Shown here: in pieces, positions 56,801 to 64,000 of the stretch
Layout of the letters: each line of letters opens with the position of its first letter
Numbering within the stretch: the first letter of the stretch is position 1
Assembly (NCBI GenBank): GCA_964106645.2
Contig: OZ067039.1
DNA from: Podarcis pityusensis
Taxonomy: Eukaryota
Length of the DNA stretch: 64,000 nt
Direction: 5' to 3' (one strand)
Program-made: the position numbers and the translations under genes
Notes under the pieces: generated by a model
The model's input: the letters and a program-made list of their open reading frames with translations, nothing else
What the model was told of the DNA's origin: nothing
Databases searched by the model: none

Positions 56801-59800
56801 CCCCGCAAGCCCACCTCTGCTCGGGGAACATGAACCGGGCTGTCGGCGGTCCTTCCTCTGCCAAATACTCGGGTTTATGGGATAAAGCATCCGCCCTCAC
56901 GTTCTGCTCACTCGGTACGTACTGAATCTTGAAGTTGAAGTTGGCAAAGAACTGTGCCCAGCGTATTTGCCTCTGGCACATCACTCTTGCCGTCCGCCAG
57001 TATTCCAAATTCTTGTGATCCGTGCACACCTGTATCTGATGCTTCGCTCCAATCAAAAAATGCCGCCATTGCTTGAACGCAGACACAATAGCAAGCAATT
57101 CCTTATCATAGATACTATAGTTCACTTCCGATTTATTGAGCTTCCGGGGGAAAAAAGCACACGGATGCCACTCCCCCTCCCCATCTTGCTGCATGAGAAC
57201 CGCTCCAATCGCTCGATCAGACGCATCTGTCTCCACCCGCAGTGGTAGTTCAGGGTTGACATGCAGCAGTTGTTCCTCGGAGGCGAAGACTCTCTTTAGA
57301 CTCTCAAAGGCCCTTTGCGCCCCATCCGTCCACTCAAACTTCTTCTTGCCACTGAGGCAATCCGTTATGGGGGTCGCCAGCCGTGCGAAGTCCTTGATGA
57401 ACTTCTGGTAGAAGTTACTGAAGCCCAGGAACCGCTGAACATCCTTCCTCGTTTTGGGGCTTTTCCACTCCACCACCGCTTTGACCTTCTCCGGGTCCAT
57501 TGCCAGACCCCTGTCCGACAGCCTATAGCCCAGGAACTCGACCTCTCTCGTGTGAAACTGACACTTCTCCAGTTTCACCCATAGGCGATGCTCCTTGAGC
57601 CTAGCTAGAACTTCCCGCACGTCCTTAACGTGCTGTTCTTCATCTGGAGAGTAAATAAGTATGTCATCCAAAAATGCCGCTCAGTTTTTGTAGAGCAAAG
57701 GTCCCAACACGTGGTGCATGAAGGCTTGGAAGCACGGACTACCACACTGTAAACTGAAGGGCATAACAAGATATTCAAATGCCCCTAGTGGTGTGAACAT
57801 GGTTGTCTTCCACTCGTCCCCCCCTCGCACCCTGATGAGATTGTAGGCTCCTCTCAAATCCAGTTTGGTGAAAATTTTCCCCTTTCGCACCCTCGCCAAT
57901 ACGTCATCAATTCTTGGCATTGGGAAGGCCATGGGGAGCGTCTGGGCATTGATTCTCCGGAAGTCTACGACGAGACGTTTCTCTCGCGTGGCCTTTTTGT
58001 CCACAAGGAACACGGGGCTTCCGCCTACTGCCCTACTGCTGCACTTAGTAGAAAAACACTCCCGGCAGCCAGCCATAAATTCCTTTCTTTATTTTCTTCA
58101 GACAAGATTACATGCCGAATAAACAAAGCGACCCGTCTCTCATGACGCGTTGCTCTAACTACTTTCTCTTTTCCCTCTCCCTCGAGACCAACAGAGCCAA
58201 CGGCTCAGCCCCTTCCGTTTTCCCCTGTGACGTGGATCCCCTTCTCTCTGAAGCACCCTTTCCTCCCCAGACTCACTATCCTCTTCTCTGTCTTCTGAGG
58301 AGGACTCAGTAGTGATCAGTCGGGATCATTCCCTGTACCCTCTAATTCTTTCTTCCCTCGCTGCCTGCAGTTCCCTGACAACATCTAATATACGTAAGCT
58401 TCTTTTTAACACAAACACTGTATATATACTGAGACCCTTTATCTCTAGGTTCCTGGTTTTAAATCCAGCTCAGGTTTATTATTCTTAAATGCAGTTTTGC
58501 AGTGGACAGGTCAGGGTCCTTTGTGAAACAAAGCTAGTTGCCTTGCTACAGTAGTTTTCATTTTTCCTACTTATCTACTTGCACCAGTGTGTTTTCAAAC
58601 TGCTAGGTTGGCAGGAGCCTCGGACAAAGCAACAGGAGCTCACCCCATCATGTGGATTCGAACTGCCGACCTTCCATTCGGCAAGCCCAAGAGGCACAGT
58701 GGTTTAGACCACAGCGCCACCTGCGTCCCACTCATTTCTTGTAATACTCTTTTAACAACACTGGGCTATAAAATAACTTGAAGTGAAGGCAGAATTGAGC
58801 CCTGTACTCAGTCCAGTTATCAGCAAATATACTGGCATGTTTCATAACATGTAGGCCACTAGTCATCAAGTATAATAGGAGTAGAAGAGGGCGTGACCAG
58901 TATGCTTTATGGAATATTAAATGTTCTTCACCCTGCTTTTTCCAGCATCTGTGTCTGTGAGCTACATAAGTGACTTCTGGCCTACAAGGAATCCATTCTG
59001 TCTTGTTCCCTCCTCTCCCTGAATTTGTAGGGTGGCACATGCCATATTTTTTTTCTGTGTAGCCATGCCTCTGCTGAGTCCTGTTGAGGGTCAATATTTG
59101 GGTTTTCCATAGCAACAAATTAAGGTTTGTTACCAAATAAATAGGTTGGTACCAACAAGGAGTTGCGTCCAGTGTGGACTGCTTCACACTTTGATTAGCC
59201 AGGTTTCGCTTGTGTATGCTGCAGTACAGCACACATAGTATGAATGCAGAGGTGGACATTTGTAAACACAGTGGACAGGCTACCTGAGAGACACATCACA
59301 TTGCATCTCCCTGATACATCTTTAGTGGGTCCTTGGAACATTTAAGGATTCACATAACTTCCACGTTGACCTCAGCAACTGTCATACATTTATCTGTATG
59401 ATAGACACAATTGCCATATTCAAACTTTCCTATTATGGTGATGTTTAATCCATTCCCATGTATTCAGTAATAAATACTAAATAATAATAAATTATGGGAG
59501 GAATTCAGCATTCCTCTATTATAATGATTCTCTCAGCTTGCCATACAGGACGATCTCCTCCCTGCCCCCAGGTATGCTTTTCTGGAGGTTCCCACAATCA
59601 CTGGAACCAGTTTGATCTTCCCAGGATCACTCTACCTTGATTTGTGCTCAGCTTGTGTTTTCTGTGGGAAGTCTTGATAATAGGTGGCTGTTGTCAAAAT
59701 GATGCTGGAAAAAGATTCTATATAGATGGTCAGTAAAAGAAAAGTAAAAGAAAAGAAATAATTCTAAAATTCCATAGACAGAATTCTACAGAAAACAGGA

Positions 59801-62800
59801 AGGTCAGGCAGATACCAGCAGCCACTGAAGAAAGGGAAATATGGTAAAGAAATATTAGGAGAGGAATTCCGGAGAAGAAAATGAGAGCAAAGTCAGAAAA
59901 CTCTGGAGATAAACTGCGTTTTTGCAGGGCTCTTGAAATCAAGGAGAGCACAATGGCAAGTGCTTTGCATATTTGGTCATGGGATTCCTTGGGAATACAA
60001 AGATTGGATAATGTATTGTATACAAAGGCTAGGAATAGTTCCAGGCTGAAGGGAATTGTGAAGGTTAGAGGGCATTGGCCTATATGCAGTTTAGGTATTG
60101 CCCAGAGAGTTAAGAAACACTGGAAAAAGGAAAAACAGATGGAGTGTGTTATATTTGCAGTTGTGTTTTAGAGTTCCCATTTCATCTTCTGTATAACAGG
60201 CAGTTCTTTACTTGGATCATTCTGTTCTGCCCATCACTTCCTAGGCAAACAGTTGAGCTGCTTACTATTTGTACTCTGGAATGTGTAATGGCTTTACAGC
60301 TGTAGAATAATTGTGCCCAGAAGAATTGTATAGTGTCTCCAGAACAAAGCAGAACCGTCCCATGTCTGCTATTATAACTTTCTCAAGTGGCTTTGGTCAG
60401 CATTTGTTTGGTGGGGGAGGGTATGGTATTTTTCTTTAGAAAAACAGGGGTGTGGGTGTTCATGCTGATTTTCGATTGGGGCTGGAAGAGAGGTTAGCTG
60501 TTTAGCCCTGCACTGTTTTCCCTGGAAAATCACTCTATACAGAAGCTTTTTTGCCCCAGAAGGTGATAGCAAATTGTGGGTAGTACTGGAGGAGGTTGCC
60601 TAGAAAATAGCAATGGGTAAAGGATCAAAATCTGGATTAGGATTAGGATCCACTGCAGTTGACTTTTCTAAAAGGAGAGACATGACACAGTGCCTAAAAA
60701 CACTTTTAATGTGCCATGCAGTTTGGCCCTTAGTCACAGATTGGCTACCAACGTGTCATTCTTTATGGAGGGGGTGGGGGACCTTAGGCCAAGGGACCAA
60801 ATGGTCCTTAGTAATCTTTCCAGACCATGCTTCCTCTCCAAGCCACACCTGTGGCCAGCCTTGCACTGCGGCCTACTCAAATGTTTTTGTTAGGCTGGAA
60901 TGTGTCCCATGAATTGAGTCATGAACTGAAGAAAATACTGCCTAATAAAAGGGAATATTCATCCTCAAATATGGATCGTTGCATGATAATGATAGCATAA
61001 ATCAGCCTTCCCCAACTTGCTGTCTTCCTATCATCCTAAACTACTGGACAAGGTGTGGTGGTTAGACTTCTGGACTAGTACCTTGGAGATCAGGTTTGAA
61101 TCCTTCCTCAGGCATGTAACTCTTTGGTTGTCCTTGAGCTAGTTGCTGTTCTTCAGCCTAACCTTCCTTACAGGCTAGAGGTTATTTCTTTTTCTTAAAA
61201 ATCACCTGAGCTGATTAAAATGGTTCAGATGACATGTCAAAGCCCATGGGTTTGGAGTGTGGAAGGAGTTAAGCAGGCGCTTTTGAGCAGTACATGGTTC
61301 ATGTGGGTGAGCCCATAATAAGATATTAATGTGACATGCAAACACAGCTAGTTCTGTTTACTTTAATTATGATATCTCTTCCTTTCTTATTCTTTCAGAG
61401 AATTCGTTCGACAGTGGATGAAAAGGAACAGAAACAGCTTTTAATGGATTTGGATGTAGTTATGCGAAGTAGTGATTGCCCATATATTGTTCAGTTTTAT
61501 GGAGCACTCTTCAGAGAGGTGGGCACTCAAAATCTGCTTAGTTTGTAACAGATTTAGTTAATACGTTTTATGACGTTTTAATGGGTAATGAAGCACATTA
61601 ACTGAAGGGCAGGCAGTAGACAATTTGCAAGGGTAAACTAGTTTGGTGGGGGAGATGCATGTAAAGAAAATGTTAGCACTGCTTTATCTCTAAAATGCCT
61701 ATTTCATTTCAGTGCTTCTCAAAAGGTTCATTATAATCATGTGTTATACACTTGTGGCTTTCAAACTTTCTACCTTTTATTACATTTCACTTTTATCACA
61801 TTCCTCCTCTTAAGGAGGTTGGGATGGTGCACATGGTTCTCCCCCATTTTTATCACAACAACCCTGCCCGGTAGGTTAAACTGAGATATAATAGCTGGCC
61901 CAAGATATTGAGAAGCCTAGTAAGCATCTGACTACTCCAGGGGTCACGAGGAATGCAATGCCATTGTATTTTGGGGTGGACAATTGCTATTGTATTCGAA
62001 TGTCACATGCCACCTAACTACCGTATGCACTCATGTATAAGCTGACTTTTTCAGCACATTTTTTATGCTGAAAAAGCCCCCCTTGGCTTATACTCGAATG
62101 AGGGTCCCACCTGAGCGCATTTTCAGCAAGCCCTCGTCGGAGCAAGCGGTTTGCTGCCGCCTCTCGTGCTGCCACTGCTCTGCCAAGCACGGCTCCTGTG
62201 CCTGCCCTTGCGAGCGGCAGAGGCTGTTGGTGGTGGAGGAGGAGGAATGAGCAGCCTGAAAGCAGCCCTTTTGGGCTGCTCGTTCTTCCTCCGACGCTGC
62301 TGCCACCAGCCTCTGCCTCTCGGCAGCACCCTAGGGAGGCAGAGAGACTGGAGGGGCTGGGGGAGAGAGAGAAGCCGCTCTCCGGCCCACTAGGAGGTTT
62401 GTGGTGTGGTGAACCGGCTTATACTCGAGTCAATAAGTTTTCCCAGTTTTTTGTGGTAAAATTAGGTGCCTCGGCTTATATTCAGGTCGGCTTTTACTTG
62501 AGTATATACGGTAATTGATTAGACCAATTGTAATTTGACAAAAGAGGAAGCAGAATATTTTGTGAGGCAGACCAACTTGAAGTTTGTTCCCAGAAATATG
62601 TATGTTCTGCTTTGTCTCTCTTGGTAAGGCAAAGGTTTGCATCGGTGTTGGTTTGTATGTCCAAGGACCTTCTTTTCTATGCTTCCCTTTTCATCACAGC
62701 TTAGCAAGAGTTGCACATTGACCACCCCATATGTGTATTTCAGATTAACAATAATAAAACATGTCTTGCTTACTGCTTTTTTATTCTTAGGGTGACTGTT

Positions 62801-63570
62801 GGATCTGTATGGAGCTCATGTCTACCTCGTTTGATAAATTTTACAAATATGTATATAGTGTATTAGATGACGTTATTCCAGAAGAAATTCTAGGCAAAAT
62901 CACTTTAGCTGTAAGTATTCTTTCTATTCTCACTGCTGCCTTTTTTGTGTGTGCACACTTCTGCTTAGATTTTCAAATCCAGGATCTAGGCGGGAGATGA
63001 TTTGACTTATTTAGGCTTGTTGCTGTGAAACCTAATGGTTTACCATATACTGCTCAGTCTCTGCCAGGGCGGCTTCAGAATTTTTTTTTCTTCTGGTGGT
63101 GGAGGGGCACAGAAAGTACAAAATATACTTCTAGGTGGGTGGGTTGTGTCTCACATGCTAAGATCTCTGAAAGAAAAATAGCAGTATATGCCAATGACAG
63201 GAGTCCAGCAACGGGGAGGCAAGAGTGGGGGTGAGCTCCTTGGTTGGGGAGTGCACTGCCCCCTATCCCAGCACCACCCATGGCCCCTGCTAGCACAAGC
63301 GGGAAACAAACCATGGTCTTACACAACCATTTCTATCACATTTTGTTTGCATTAACTACACTGTAACATGGTATAGCTATTAAATGTTTAAAGGGATGCG
63401 TCTGCATTTCTGCCTTATAAGCTGTCTGAGATGCATCTTAAATTGTTTGGCTTTGGATTGTGTAATAGGAGGCATTTTATTATTTTTGTTCTCAATAAAA
63501 TTTCTCTTTCTCTCCTAGACTGTGAAAGCACTAAACCACTTAAAAGAAAACTTGAAAATCATTCACAGAG
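23754..63570 (+). CDS. MAP2K4: Dual-specificity MAP kinase kinase 4 (MKK4/SEK1), 5' part; exons 23754-23832, [alternative 32487-32519], 40751-40850, 54340-54514, 61399-61518, 62791-62910, 63519-63570; continues beyond window
   Basis: MAAPGPG...SSMQG|KRRALKLNFANPP (docking site)|ERLRTHS...GEIGRGAYGSVNK...MAVK|RIRSTVDEKEQKQLLMDLDVVMRSSDCPYIVQFYGALFRE|GDCWICMELM...|TVKALNHLKENLKIIHR; phases consistent. Confidence 0.97.
27599..27735. mobile_element. hAT MITE
   Basis: CAGGGCTTTTTTTC and GAAAAATAGCACTG TIRs; TSD ATTAGAAG/ATTAGAAC. Confidence 0.75.
28645..29006 (+). mobile_element. CR1 LINE 3' fragments
   Basis: WMVKWQMQVNVNKSKVLH resembles CR1 RT; 3' end GACTAGATGGG...CAGCAGGCTCTTCTTATGTTCTT. Confidence 0.65.
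30616..30777. mobile_element. Tigger/pogo-like MITE
   Basis: CCGTATTTTTCTGTTTATAAGA and TCTTATACACAGAAAAATACGG TIRs; TA TSD. Confidence 0.8.
32487..32519 (+). CDS. MAP2K4: MAP2K4 alternative 33-nt microexon (G)FQINFCEKAQ(S)
   Basis: ttttttgctttag acceptor, gtaagc donor; frame-preserving phase 1-1; the peptide matches my recollection of the long mammalian isoform insert. Confidence 0.88.
34521..34764. mobile_element. hAT-Charlie-like MITE
   Basis: CAGGGGTAGGCAACCT and AGGTTGCTGACCCCTG TIRs; TSD AACTAGGG/CACTAGGG. Confidence 0.85.
37013..37201. mobile_element. hAT-Charlie-like MITE
   Basis: CAGTGCTACTCAAA and TTTGAGAAACACTG TIRs; TSD GACCAGGG/GACTAGGG. Confidence 0.8.
40751..40850 (+). CDS. 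MAP2K4: MAP2K4 exon 2 (MAPK docking domain), 100 nt
   Basis: KRRALKLNFANPPFKSTARFTLNP; cag acceptor, gtgagt donor. Confidence 0.95.
41123..41237. mobile_element. Old hAT-like MITE
   Basis: CAGGGGTAGCTTACCTGTGG and CCACAGTTTAGCCACTCCTG TIRs; TSD matches 6 of 8. Confidence 0.6.
45068..45237 (+). repeat. About 170-bp dispersed repeat (MITE-like), copy 1
   Basis: Aligns with 48157-48331 (GAATCTACACAC...CTAGTGTCACA...GCAGCTGTATAG). Confidence 0.7.
48157..48331 (+). repeat. About 170-bp dispersed repeat (MITE-like), copy 2
   Basis: Aligns with 45068-45237; imperfect terminal inverted repeats. Confidence 0.7.
54340..54514 (+). CDS. MAP2K4: MAP2K4 exon 3 (Gly-rich loop and catalytic Lys), 175 nt
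   Basis: GRGAYG, MAVK; cag acceptor, gtaggt donor. Confidence 0.96.
54713..55080 (-). repeat. 3' LTR (complete, 368 bp)
   Basis: TG...CA ends; preceded on the minus strand by the polypurine tract GAGGAGGGGGTGGA (55094-55081); minus-strand AATAAA at 54793-54788. Confidence 0.93.
54855..58036 (-). pseudogene. pol: pol remnant: RT, RNase H, integrase, chromodomain; one in-frame TGA at 57683-57681
   Basis: SPVFLVDKK...KLDLRGAYN...FLDD; VETDASD; H-H-C-C zinc finger; D,D,E core (SVDF, SDRG, AERVN); GPF module; chromodomain IEKILDS...EYLVAWEG...NTW. The two track ORFs are in the same frame. Confidence 0.93.
58037..58380 (-). repeat. 5' LTR (344 bp, lacks the last 24 nt of U5)
   Basis: Direct repeat of 54737-55080 with 8 substitutions and no indels. 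Confidence 0.93.
58565..58729 (-). mobile_element. Sauria SINE, 5' half
   Basis: Homologous to 21048-21210. Confidence 0.8.
61399..61518 (+). CDS. MAP2K4: MAP2K4 exon 4, 120 nt
   Basis: RIRSTVDEKEQ...GALFRE; cag acceptor, gtgggc donor. Confidence 0.96.
62021..62511. mobile_element. Tigger/pogo-like non-autonomous element with a GC-rich interior
   Basis: CCGTATGCACTCATGTATAAGCTGAC and GTCGGCTTTTACTTGAGTATATACGG TIRs; TA TSD. Confidence 0.8.
62791..62910 (+). CDS. MAP2K4: MAP2K4 exon 5, 120 nt
   Basis: GDCWICMELMSTSFDKFY...ITLA; tag acceptor, gtaagt donor. Confidence 0.96.
63519..63570 (+). CDS. MAP2K4: MAP2K4 exon 6, 52 nt
   Basis: TVKALNHLKENLKIIHR(D); tag acceptor, gtaggc donor. Confidence 0.95.
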
Positions 63571-64000
63571 GTAGGCTTTTCTGGATTTGTCTTTCTTACT
63601 GTGTGGTATGCCTGTCACACGCAGTTCTTCCTGAGCATGCCTGTAGATTATGCAAAATACATTTGTGAGCCGACTATTTGGGGTATTCCACATGATCATT
63701 TTATGTTTCACTATGTCCGTGTGAGTTTTGGTTCTCTTGGGCTACCAGTTGGAGGCTGACATTAGGACAGAGCCAATTGACAACACTCATTGGGTGTTAC
63801 AATTTTTAAGTCACAAGTTTCTGTGTGCAGAACAGGGTCATAGTCCTATGGGAGGGGGTTTCTCCCATTTAAGTCTCTCACACACCAAAGCTGCTGCCAT
63901 TGGTTGGTTGGTTGCTTGGCTGGCTGAGGTGCCTAGTTTGTTACTCCTTAACAAGCCAGGATTTGTAAGCCAACAACAAACCATGGTTTAAGGCTGGCTA

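Larger units (their letters stand above)
54713..58380 (-). mobile_element. Ty3/Gypsy chromovirus-type LTR retrotransposon, internally deleted (no PBS, gag or protease)
   Basis: TGTCAG...CTGACA termini; 5-bp TSD ACATC (54708-54712 and 58381-58385); two LTRs; polypurine tract; RT, RNase H, integrase and chromodomain in Gypsy order. Confidence 0.96.

Noticed and set aside
57660-57690. Programmed frameshift or read-through between the two pol ORFs
   Set aside because: Both ORFs share one frame and the TGA sits inside the RT core, where recoding is not expected; a nonsense mutation is the simpler explanation
58732-59259. 175-aa minus-strand ORF beside the LTR, as a possible gag or env gene
   Set aside because: Outside the TSD-bounded element and without gag or env motifs
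54515-61398. miR-744, which is hosted in a MAP2K4 intron in mammals
   Set aside because: No match to the mature sequence found by eye; no convincing pre-miRNA hairpin

Overview
Vertebrate nuclear DNA, almost certainly from a squamate reptile. Sauria SINEs and a BovB tail suggest a lizard, possibly a lacertid, but that is inference. The window holds four intron-containing genes, reconstructed here exon by exon from GT-AG boundaries and reading phase. SCO1 (-) has coding exons 1-5 present and its last exon left of the window. ADPRM (+, complete, 350 aa) shares an ETS-rich bidirectional CpG promoter with SCO1. TMEM220 (-, complete, 181 aa) lies tail-to-tail with ADPRM. MAP2K4/MKK4 (+) has exons 1-6 plus a 33-nt alternative microexon and runs off the right edge. 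MAP2K4 intron 3 carries a young antisense Gypsy/chromovirus LTR element (54713-58380, ACATC target-site duplication, LTRs about 2.3% diverged). An internal deletion removed its PBS, gag and protease and fused an LTR ATG in frame to pol. The rest is intronic DNA with SINEs, hAT and Tc1/mariner MITEs, CR1/L2 fragments and microsatellites. Most ORFs in the supplied track are spurious. I do not see a clearly new biological system. The most interesting items are the deleted chromovirus, a stop-inserting NAGNAG acceptor in SCO1, a recursive-splice-type MAP2K4 exon 2, the conserved microexon, the TMEM220-MAP2K4 adjacency and a divergent CTCF motif pair.
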